A program made the position numbers and the translations under genes. Shown one piece after another: positions 27,101 to 36,141 of a stretch of DNA of 64,000 bases (positions within the stretch are counted from its first letter, which is position 1; every line of letters begins with the position of its first letter). Under the pieces are notes generated by a model that saw only the letters and a list, made by a program, of their open reading frames with translations, had not been told where the DNA came from and made no database searches. Origin of the DNA: an uncultured bacterium (lineage in GTDB: Bacteria; Chlamydiota; Chlamydiia; Chlamydiales; JAAKFR01); the NCBI GenBank assembly GCA_964588495.1, contig CAZPPS010000009.1:9833-73832 (forward strand), read 5' to 3'.

Positions 27101-29719
27101 AAAAGCTCTTTTGCATTTGACACGATCTATGCAGAAGGACAAAGACGGTATATTGAGTCCTTGTCTCCTTATGCGCGCCAATTTGTCCGTCAATGCCCCA
27201 AGCCCAAGATCTCCCAAATCGACGGGCTCTCTCCGGCAATTGCCATCGAACAAAAAGCAGCTGCGGGAAATCCACGATCCACAGTCGGGACTATGACTGA
27301 GATCTACGATTATTTGCGCATTCTTTTTGCACAAATTGGGACAGCTTATGACCCTGAAACACAAGAAGAAATCAAATCGATCACCAAAGAATCCGTCGTA
27401 GAAAATATCCTCTCTTTCCCTGAAGGGGAAAAAATCACCGTGCTCGCCCCTTTGGTTCTGCAAAAAAACGAAAAAATTGAGGATCTTAAGTCCCGTTTGA
27501 TCCGTTTAGGATTTTTGCGCATCCGGATCAACCAACAGATCTATGAACTGGACGAGACCATCGAATTTGACAGGAAGCGGAAAAACGAAATTGCTTTAGT
27601 CATCGATCGGATCAAGGTGTCTAAAGAGGGTGAGGGGCGTCTTTTTGAGGCCATTTCCACAGCGGCTCACATTGGCAATCAAAAAATCATCGTGATGAGA
27701 GAAAACAAAGATGTGTTTTTCAATCTCGCGTTTGCCGTTGAAAGTACAGGCAAATCCTTCCCAGAAATTACTCCACACACATTTTCTTTTAATAGCCAGG
27801 AAGGGATGTGCCCCGATTGTTTAGGCCTTGGAATCAGTTATGGGGCCAATTTGACCCATAACTGGGAGATCATGCAACTCTCTGTCATTGGTCTTTTGCG
27901 TTCTTTATGGACAACCACAGAAATTCCCCTTTTTGAGAAGTTTTTGAAAGAAGTTGGAATTAATCCCCACACAACCCTGGAAGACTTAAATAATGATCAG
28001 CTACAGCTTCTTCTCAACGGCTCAATCGGGGAAAAATGGTTTTCGACAAAAGAGGGCTTCCGTTTCCGCTGGCTCGGAATCCAGCCTATTTTGGCAAAAG
28101 CGGGCAAAAGCGCTTATAACGAAATCAAATCCCCTTTAATTCCCCTTCTGGATGAAATTGAATGTGTTTCCTGCCAGGGAGCACGTCTTCATCCCCTTGC
28201 GCGCAACGTGCGCATTAAAAACCATTCAATTGCTTCTTTGTGTCAGCTTCCTATCGAGAAATCCCTCAACTTTTTAGAAAAACTTGAAATTCCGAAGAAA
28301 AAAGTCAAAGTGCTCGAAGATGTGATGAAACAGATCGTCGAACGGCTCGGATTTTTGGTAGAAATTGGGTTGAACTATTTAAGTCTGGATCGGAGAGCCC
28401 CTACTTTGAGTAATGGGGAAGCACAGCGGATACGTCTTGCAAGACAACTTGGCAGTAAACTCACAGGCGTTCTCTACGTTTTGGATGAACCCACAATTGG
28501 ACTTCACCCTCAAGACAATGCCCGTTTAAACGGAGCCCTACAAAATCTCAAAGATCTTGGGAACACGCTCGTGATGGTAGAGCACGACCCACAAACCATT
28601 AAAACTGCTGACTATATCCTCGATTTTGGGCCAGGCTCTGGCCTTCAAGGGGGACATGTGACGGCAGAGGGCACCTACAAGCAGATTTTGAAGAACAAAA
28701 AATCCCTCACAGGGGGTTATCTTTCGGGAAGAGAAAAAATTGAGATCCCTAAGAAAAGACGGGAGGCCAAAGGGTATTTTACAATTGAGAAAGCCACCCA
28801 AAACAATCTGAAAAATCTCACGTTCAATTTACCAATGGGCGTCATGAGCTGTTTGACGGGTCTTTCCGGCTCAGGAAAATCGACTTTGATGCACGATGTG
28901 ATCAAACAAAAGGCCCTCCCTTTAATTGATAAAGAAGAGCCTTTTAACAAACTCATCCTCATCGATCAAAACCCGATTGGCCATACTGTCCGCTCCGATG
29001 TGGGAACTTATTCTGAGGTTCTTAATGTGTTGCGAGAATTTTACGCAGCCTTGGGTGGATCAAGGGTCAAAGGACTTCAACCCAGACATTTCAGTTACAA
29101 CCACCGCAAAGGGATGTGCACCCATTGCTGGGGACTTGGCTACAAAAAAATCGAGATGCTTTTCCTCCCGGCTGTTAAAGTAATGTGCGATCAATGCCGG
29201 GGAATGAGACTGAATCCCCTCTCTTTGAGCGTCCAATATGAGGGGAAACATTTTGGGCAGCTCCTTGAAATGACAGTGGATGAGGCAAGGGAGCAGTTTT
29301 CTATATTACCCAAAGCGTGCCGGATACTCGACACATTGATCGCTGTGGGATTAGGATATCTGAAGCTAGGGCAAGAGATGGTTTCTTTGTCTGGAGGCGA
29401 AGCGCAGCGGATTAAGTTATCAAGGGAGCTTTCAAAAAGGGGAACCGGCAAGACTTTATATCTTTTGGATGAGCCGACAACAGGTTTGCATCCTGAGGAC
29501 ATTAAAAAATTGCTGATTTTGCTCCACAAACTGGTCGACAAAGGAAATACGATGGTTATTATCGAACATAATCTCGATATTATCCAGAATGCCGATTTTG
29601 TGGTGGATTTGGGACCTGGAGCTGGGGACTTGGGGGGAAAAATTGTGGCTATGGGGAGTCCGGAGGAGATTGCACTTGACCCCAAATCGGTGACGGGAAA
29701 ATATCTATTCAAGAATTAG
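24128..29719 (+). CDS. uvrA: excinuclease ABC subunit A, tandemly duplicated (UvrA-UvrA fusion)
   Basis: Two complete UvrA units are present, with the second starting near nt 26990. There are four Walker A sites (GVSGSGKSS x2, [18 protein letters not shown]), four LSGGE signatures and zinc-module cysteines in both halves. Confidence 0.95.
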   Translation: [1863 protein letters not shown]

Positions 29720-29727
29720 GGTATTTT

Positions 29728-29838
29728 CCGTGCGTGACCGTGACCGTTTCCGTGTCCGTGACCGAACCGTGTTCCGAGCGCCGAGCATCGTTCGGAAATC
29801 GGCGCTCGGAACACGGTTCGGTCACGGACACGCACGGG
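29728..29838. repeat. large GC-rich hairpin, GTGACC/GTGTCC variant, perfect 34-bp stem
   Basis: 29751-29784 (CGTGTCCGTGACCGAACCGTGTTCCGAGCGCCGA) is the exact reverse complement of 29799-29832, with a 14-nt loop. An outer CCGTGCG/CGCACGG pairing has a 16-nt bulge. It lies between the uvrA stop and the pknD start. Confidence 0.85.
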
Positions 29839-29854
29839 TAATTAAAAAGTTTTT

Positions 29855-32695
29855 ATGGAACAAATCGGACAATACAAAACCTTAAAAGTGATTGGCAAAG
29901 GCGGAATGGGAGAAGTCCTTCTAGCCCGCGATCCTGTTTGTGATCGCAATGTGGCCATCAAACGGATCCGCCCCGATTTGACACAGCACGCAGCTTTGAA
30001 AAACCGCTTTTTGCGAGAAGCAAAAATCACAGCAAGCTTGACACACCCCGGGATCATCTCGATTTACTCCATTCATCATGAAGGAGATGAGACCTATTAC
30101 ACAATGCCCTATATCGAAGGGAAAACGCTTAGGCAAATTATCAAAGATGCCCTTCAAAATGCCAAAACATCGAAAAATGAACATTCTATTCCCGCCCTTC
30201 TCCCCATTTTCAAAAGCATTTGTCAAACGGTGAGCTACTCCCATTCAAAAGGGGTTCTACACCGTGACTTGAAACCGGAAAATATTCTGGTGGGAACCTT
30301 TGGCGAGGTGATTGTATTTGATTGGGGCCTGGCTCACATTATCACCGAAACGCCCCAAGAGATGGATGAGGTAGATGTTGAAACTCCCCCCGAACTTACA
30401 CGTCCAGGAAAGCTTGTCGGAACGGTCGCTTATATGGCCCCTGAGCGGGCTTTAGGAGAGCCTGCGACTGTCCAAACAGACATTTACGCTTTGGGAGTGA
30501 TGCTCTATCAGATTTTAACCCTCCATCTCCCCTTCAATCGTCACTCGCTCAAAGAATTCCGCAAAGCCTATAAACATGAAAAGCTGATCGACCCAGAGGA
30601 GATGGCCCCTTACCGCGATGTCCCTCCAAGACTGTCTAGAATCGTTAAAAAATGCCTCAACAAAGACCCAGCGAAGCGCTATCTCACCACAGAGGCCCTT
30701 GTCCACGATCTGATGAGCCACATGGAGGGAAGATCTGACTGGTTTGAGAGCACACGATTAAATGTGGCCCACAAAAAAGATTGGGAATTCCAAGAAAACG
30801 TGATGATCTCAAAGCATATGGCCATCACTCGGGGAACTGAAGCTGCTGAATGGGTCAACATCATGGTCTCGCAGGCAGCTTTTGCCGAAAACACGCGGCT
30901 GCACACACGGATCATGTTAGAAGAGACAGGCGCTGGGATTGGCTTATTGCTCGCAGTCCCTGAAGCTGCGCAGCGGACAAATCCTCTCGAGGGGTATTGT
31001 CTATGGATCGGTTCAGAAAGTGCTCCTGGAGTGCAACTTTTCCGAAATACCGTTCAAGTGATGCAGCTTCCCGATGTTTTTTTGAAAAAACAGACCTGGC
31101 ACACTTTGTCTTTGGAAAAAATCGATAACAATATCCATTTCAGCTTGGATGGGCAGCTTATCTTGACCTATTTGAGCTACCTTCCCCTTTTTGGCACGCA
31201 TGTCGGACTACTTGCAAGAGACGATGACTTTGAAATGGATGAAATGATTGTCTCCGTGGGCTCTCAGAACTTAACCATCAGCTGCCTTTCGATTCCCGAT
31301 GCCTTTTTAGCTGACAAAGACTACGACAAAGCCCTCGCAGAATATAGGCGGATTGGCTATTCCTTCCCTGGACATGCCGAAGGAAGAGAGGCTCTTTTTA
31401 GAGCAGGGATCACCCTTCTCGAGCAAGCCAAAGGGGCCAAGTTAAAAGAAACAGAAGAATGCTACTCGCTAGCTCTGGAAGAATTTGGCAAACTCCACCA
31501 CACACCAGGAGCCCCTTTGGAATATCTTGGGAAAGCTTTGGTTTACCAATCGACGCGGGATCATGCCGAAGAGATCAAATGCCTGGAGCTTGGTTTAAGA
31601 AGATATTTCGACCATCCACTTGTGAGTCCCATCAAAGAACAGATCCTCTACAGAATGCATGAATCAACGCAGACCAATCGCAGATCTGCCTACCAGCTGA
31701 TTTTGATTGTGCTGAGACTTTTGCCCGATGTGGTCAAAAGCGCCGATTTTCACAGATTATCGAAACATTTGATCAAAAATTGGGAGCGCCTCCCCTTTTT
31801 GGAAACGTCCATTGAGCCCTCACTTCTCGGAAAAGATAAAATCCAGCAGGTCCGTTTTTCAATTCCTCTCGCCTTTTGGCTGGGAGCCCCCTATATCCTT
31901 CTTGAGATGTATCAGGAACTGATCAGAATCAAACCTTTCGATGTCTCTTTGTGCGGGGATATTATCTTTTCTCTCTATGAGCTTGGTTCTTTTGAATTGG
32001 CACATCAGCTCATGGAAGAGGTCAAAGGACACAAAGGGGAGCTTAGCGCTGAAGAGATTCAGGATCTCGATCAATGCCTGACTGAAATGGAATCCCTTTA
32101 TCTTTGCCATACCGATTCCTTGGAGACAGCCATTCATCACTTCTTCGGAAAGAAAAAAGAAGGGATTGGCCTTCGGGAATTTCGAACCATTACTTACCTT
32201 CTCAAACAGACTCTTGGTAGCGGCCCCTTGCACTTTGTCGATTTTATTGCCCGTAAAATTGCTTCGTTTCCCCTCTCCCACGAAGATCGGGTTCTTTTGG
32301 ATAGTTACCGGATCTGGGCTTACCTTTTGGAAGATAACATTCACGCGGCCGAAGAAATTTTTGATACCTATCCCTTCGAGTTGTTGAACCAGGAAGGAAC
32401 TCTTTTACATCCTCTATTTGGCTGTTTTCTATACGCAACCGAGGGGGAAGAGATCGCCTCGATTCATTTTGCGGGAGTGATCGACACCCCATTTCCGCGA
32501 TCATGGGCCCTTTTAGGCCATGAACTCACCAATAAAATTTTAGAGTCTTCTACCTGGTATAACACCTCGTTTATGTGGGAAAGAAGGAGCTTATATCAAC
32601 AGCTGAGTCTTTTTTACCACTGCAGCAAAAACCCCGAACTTGCAGCTTATTACCGGTACCTCGAGCAGCAGGAGTATATTCGGGTTTCGGAGTAA
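29855..32695 (+). CDS. pknD: Ser/Thr protein kinase, PknD-like (kinase domain plus long C-terminal domain)
   Basis: Hanks kinase motifs GKGGMGEV, AIK, HRDLKPEN, DWG and APE. The 946-aa length and position next to valS match chlamydial PknD. Confidence 0.9.
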   Translation: MEQIGQYKTLKVIGKGGMGEVLLARDPVCDRNVAIKRIRPDLTQHAALKNRFLREAKITASLTHPGIISIYSIHHEGDETYYTMPYIEGKTLRQIIKDALQNAKTSKNEHSIPALLPIFKSICQTVSYSHSKGVLHRDLKPENILVGTFGEVIVFDWGLAHIITETPQEMDEVDVETPPELTRPGKLVGTVAYMAPERALGEPATVQTDIYALGVMLYQILTLHLPFNRHSLKEFRKAYKHEKLIDPEEMAPYRDVPPRLSRIVKKCLNKDPAKRYLTTEALVHDLMSHMEGRSDWFESTRLNVAHKKDWEFQENVMISKHMAITRGTEAAEWVNIMVSQAAFAENTRLHTRIMLEETGAGIGLLLAVPEAAQRTNPLEGYCLWIGSESAPGVQLFRNTVQVMQLPDVFLKKQTWHTLSLEKIDNNIHFSLDGQLILTYLSYLPLFGTHVGLLARDDDFEMDEMIVSVGSQNLTISCLSIPDAFLADKDYDKALAEYRRIGYSFPGHAEGREALFRAGITLLEQAKGAKLKETEECYSLALEEFGKLHHTPGAPLEYLGKALVYQSTRDHAEEIKCLELGLRRYFDHPLVSPIKEQILYRMHESTQTNRRSAYQLILIVLRLLPDVVKSADFHRLSKHLIKNWERLPFLETSIEPSLLGKDKIQQVRFSIPLAFWLGAPYILLEMYQELIRIKPFDVSLCGDIIFSLYELGSFELAHQLMEEVKGHKGELSAEEIQDLDQCLTEMESLYLCHTDSLETAIHHFFGKKKEGIGLREFRTITYLLKQTLGSGPLHFVDFIARKIASFPLSHEDRVLLDSYRIWAYLLEDNIHAAEEIFDTYPFELLNQEGTLLHPLFGCFLYATEGEEIASIHFAGVIDTPFPRSWALLGHELTNKILESSTWYNTSFMWERRSLYQQLSLFYHCSKNPELAAYYRYLEQQEYIRVSE

Positions 32696-32714
32696 AAGCT
32701 GTTTTGGTATCTTA

Positions 32715-32792
32715 TCCGTGCCCGTGCCCGTGAGCGTGACCGTGCCCGCCCTTCCCCGATCGGGCACGGGCACGCTCACGGGCACGGGCACG
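32715..32792. repeat. GTGCCC-hexamer hairpin, ~31-bp stem
   Basis: CGTGCCCGTGCCCGTGAGCGTG(A)CCGTGCCCG ... CGGGCACGGGCACGCTCACGGGCACGGGCACG around the core CCCTTCCCCGAT. It lies between the pknD stop and the valS start. Confidence 0.85.
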
Positions 32793-32809
32793 TTTAAAAA
32801 GGAACCTGC

Positions 32810-35620
32810 ATGCAAGACCTCCCAAAAGCCTACGATCCCAAAATTACCGAAGAAAAATGGACCGATTTCTGGGAACAAAACCAATTTTTTAAAGCTAACG
32901 CTTCTTCCGATAAGCCTCCTTACACCATCGTCATTCCCCCTCCCAATGTGACAGGCGTCTTGCACATGGGACATGCCCTTGTCAACACGTTGCAAGACAT
33001 TTTGATCCGTTGGAAACGGATGAGTGGTTTTGAAGCGCTCTGGATTCCAGGAACAGACCACGCAGGAATTGCAACCCAAACCGTTGTTGAAAGACACCTC
33101 ATGAAAACCGAAAACAAGCGGAGATCTGATTTTAGCCGGGAAGAATTCCTTAAAATAGTCTGGGCATGGAAAGAAAAAAGTGAAAATACCATTTTGTCAC
33201 AGCTCAAAAGGCTAGGCTGCTCCTGTGATTGGTCACGGCTCCACTTTACGATGGATGAAGATTGCTCACGAGCCGTTAGCACCATTTTCAAGCGTCTTTT
33301 TGATGAGGGATTGATCTACCGGGGTAACTATCTTGTCAACTGGGATCCCATTACACAAACCGCCCTTGCAGATGATGAAGTGGAATATGAGGAAAGGGAT
33401 TCGTGGCTCTGGTATTTCAAATACCATCTTGTAGATAGCTCTGAGTATGTCCACATCGCCACAACACGTCCAGAAACCATGCTGGGAGATACAGCAGTGG
33501 CCGTTTCTCCAAAAGATCCGAGATATTCCCATTTGATTGGCAAAAAAGTACGCCTCCCCATTTTAGGACGGGAAATTCCGATTATCGCAGATCACCACAT
33601 CGATCCCAATTTTGGAAGTGGCGTCGTCAAAATCACTCCAGCCCATGATCTCAACGACTACAGAATGGGCAAGGAGCACAACCTTGAATTCATCAACATC
33701 CTGACTCCTGATGGCTTCATCAATGAAAACGGAGGCCCTTTCAAGGGTTTAAGCCGTGAATCTGCACGCGATGCCGTTGTGAAGCACATGCAGGAGCTCG
33801 GACTTGTTGAAAAAATTGAGAGACACAAGCTCCGGATTGGGGTTTCTTACCGCTCAAAGGCAGTGATTGAGCCCTATCTTTCGCAACAATGGTTTGTGAA
33901 AATGGAGCCCTTTATCAAAAAATTGCAGGAAGCTGTCCATTCCGGAAAAGTGAAGATTTTGCCTAAAACTTGGGAGACCACTTATTTCCATTGGATTGAC
34001 AATCTGCGCGATTGGTGCATCAGCCGTCAACTTTGGTGGGGGCATCGTATCCCTGTTTGGTACCGGAAAGACGATCCTACGCAGATGATCTGTTATGACA
34101 AACCCGGAATTCCCCCCGAAGTTGAACAAGATCCCGAAGCCTGGAGCCAGGATCCTGACGTTTTAGATACCTGGTTCTCCTCAGCCCTTTGGCCCTTCAG
34201 CACCCTCGGCTGGCCCAACCAGACAGAAGATTTGAAGAAATTTTACCCTACAAGCGTTTTGGTAACAGGTCACGATATCCTCTTTTTCTGGGTGGCCCGA
34301 ATGATTTTAATGGGTGAGTATGCCCTCTCGGAAGTTCCTTTCCCAGAAACCTTTTTGCATGGGCTTATCTACGGCAAATCGTACTGGAAAAACAACAAAG
34401 ATGGGACTATCGCTTATCTTTCCCCTGAAGAGAAAAAAGAATACGACATGGGCAAGCCTGTCCCCGCTAATGTCCATTCCAAATGGGAAAAGCTCTCAAA
34501 GTCCAAGGGAAATGTGATCGATCCCCTCGATATGATTGCAGAATATGGGACAGATGCAGTCCGAATGTCTCTCTGCTCTTGCGCGAATCAATCGCCCCAA
34601 ATCGATCTTGACCGGCGCCGTTTTGAAGAATTTAAGAACTTTGCCAACAAAATCTGGAACGGAGCCCGCTTTGTTTTCATGAATCTGGAAGATCTTTCTT
34701 CTGAGGAGCTCTCTTCTGGCCTCGATGAGAACTTATTATGTTTGGAAGACAAATGGATTTTGTCTGCCCTCAACAGAGTCAACCGCGAAATCAACCAACA
34801 CTTGAAAGTCTACTCATTTGATCAAGCAGCGGTCATCTCCTACGATTTTTTCTGGAAAGAATTTTGTGCCTATTATGTGGAGATGAGTAAAGCCTATCTT
34901 TTTGGAAAAACAGGGACACCTCAAGACAGGAAAAATAAGCAGAAAATTTTAGTGATTGTCCTTTGTAATACAATCCGGCTCCTCCATCCGATGGCTCCCT
35001 TTATCACCGAGGAGTTGTTCCAGCTCTTGAAAGAGCGTTTTGCGGATGCTGTGATCCAAAAAGAGGCCGATCCCTATACCCAAATCACGGTTAAAGCTCT
35101 CAACACCTCCTGCTGCGCTTTGGCGCCTTACCCTGACCTTGTCCGTGAAACTGATATTCACCCCGAAATCGAGCAACGGTTTGCCCATCTGGAAGCGATT
35201 GTCTACACGATCCGCAATATCCGTGGAGAGATGAGTATTCCACCCAATATGGCAACCGATGTCTATCTGGTTGGCGAATTTAATGAAAATCCCGAGCTGA
35301 TCCGCGCTTTTATCAAAGCTGAGAAGATCGAAATCGTTGAAAAAGCTCCACAGTTTCATTTGAGCGCAGAGGGGCTCGTGGGTTCGTTAAAAATTATCGT
35401 CCCACTCCCCCAAGAGCTCGCGCAAAAAGAGAAACTGCGCCTTGAAAAGGAGCAACAACGGTGTGGTGAACAGATTGAGAAATTAAATCAACTCCTTGCT
35501 AACCCTGATTTTCATGAAAAGGCAAGCCCGGAACTTGTGCAAAAACAAAAAAGTGCTCTCGAACAAGCCCTTTTTCAACAAAAAACTATAGTAGAAAAAC
35601 TTGCAATTCTTAATTCTTAA
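32810..35620 (+). CDS. valS: valine--tRNA ligase
   Basis: Class I HIGH (PNVTGVLHMGHA) and KMSKS (KLSKSKGN) motifs, CP1 editing domain and a C-terminal coiled coil. 936 aa. Confidence 0.95.
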   Translation: MQDLPKAYDPKITEEKWTDFWEQNQFFKANASSDKPPYTIVIPPPNVTGVLHMGHALVNTLQDILIRWKRMSGFEALWIPGTDHAGIATQTVVERHLMKTENKRRSDFSREEFLKIVWAWKEKSENTILSQLKRLGCSCDWSRLHFTMDEDCSRAVSTIFKRLFDEGLIYRGNYLVNWDPITQTALADDEVEYEERDSWLWYFKYHLVDSSEYVHIATTRPETMLGDTAVAVSPKDPRYSHLIGKKVRLPILGREIPIIADHHIDPNFGSGVVKITPAHDLNDYRMGKEHNLEFINILTPDGFINENGGPFKGLSRESARDAVVKHMQELGLVEKIERHKLRIGVSYRSKAVIEPYLSQQWFVKMEPFIKKLQEAVHSGKVKILPKTWETTYFHWIDNLRDWCISRQLWWGHRIPVWYRKDDPTQMICYDKPGIPPEVEQDPEAWSQDPDVLDTWFSSALWPFSTLGWPNQTEDLKKFYPTSVLVTGHDILFFWVARMILMGEYALSEVPFPETFLHGLIYGKSYWKNNKDGTIAYLSPEEKKEYDMGKPVPANVHSKWEKLSKSKGNVIDPLDMIAEYGTDAVRMSLCSCANQSPQIDLDRRRFEEFKNFANKIWNGARFVFMNLEDLSSEELSSGLDENLLCLEDKWILSALNRVNREINQHLKVYSFDQAAVISYDFFWKEFCAYYVEMSKAYLFGKTGTPQDRKNKQKILVIVLCNTIRLLHPMAPFITEELFQLLKERFADAVIQKEADPYTQITVKALNTSCCALAPYPDLVRETDIHPEIEQRFAHLEAIVYTIRNIRGEMSIPPNMATDVYLVGEFNENPELIRAFIKAEKIEIVEKAPQFHLSAEGLVGSLKIIVPLPQELAQKEKLRLEKEQQRCGEQIEKLNQLLANPDFHEKASPELVQKQKSALEQALFQQKTIVEKLAILNS

Positions 35621-35670
35621 TTAAACATTAATGCTGTATAATTATAATTAAGAAAAAATGAGGTGTAATT

Positions 35671-36054
35671 ATGCTTTCCTTAGCTTTTGATGGTACCAGA
35701 CGACTCTTTCCTAATACTCCAACTTACGTTGATAAAGCTAACTTCATTGCAGGAGAAGCTGACAAATATCTTCCATGGGTAGAACTGGCCATTGGAATCA
35801 TCCTCGTGATCCTCGGAGGCGTCGCCCTCAACCACGGCGTGATGATGGAAGCCTTCGCAGCCAAATGGCTCATTGGGGTCGGCTCCGTCGAGATGCTCGC
35901 CGTCATCTTCCGCGGCTGCTTTAATTGCGGCCAAAAGTACTACCCTACCGGCATGAGCCTTTGGCAGGGCGGCCTAGACTCTCTGCAGAACGCCTTTGCT
36001 GATGTTGGGGGCGCTTTCGGTAACATTATGGGCCGCGGCCTTGACCCTGATTGA
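35671..36054 (+). CDS. small membrane protein with two closely spaced hydrophobic helices (Inc-like topology), unknown family
   Basis: SD GAGGTG lies before the ATG in a very AT-rich leader. The hydrophobic segments are LPWVELAIGIILVILGGVAL and WLIGVGSVEMLAVIF. By eye, third-position GC is higher than in the neighbours. Confidence 0.55.
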   Translation: MLSLAFDGTRRLFPNTPTYVDKANFIAGEADKYLPWVELAIGIILVILGGVALNHGVMMEAFAAKWLIGVGSVEMLAVIFRGCFNCGQKYYPTGMSLWQGGLDSLQNAFADVGGAFGNIMGRGLDPD

Positions 36055-36083
36055 CCCCTAAGACTTTTTCCCGTAACGCTCAA

Positions 36084-36111
36084 GCAAGATAAGCAGGATC
36101 GCGTTTATCTT
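36084..36111. terminator. weak hairpin between convergent genes
   Basis: 8-bp stem CAAGATAA / TTATCTTG with a 12-nt loop and no clear U-tract. Confidence 0.3.
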
Positions 36112-36141
36112 GTTATGAGGCTACGATTCGGAACGTCCCCA

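Noticed and set aside
32591-33097. ORFs 32591-33097(-) and 32640-32951(+) spanning the pknD-valS spacer
   Set aside because: They are generated by the GC-rich hairpin (PVPVSVTVP / TGTGTLTGTGT peptides) and overlap bona fide pknD and valS coding sequence.
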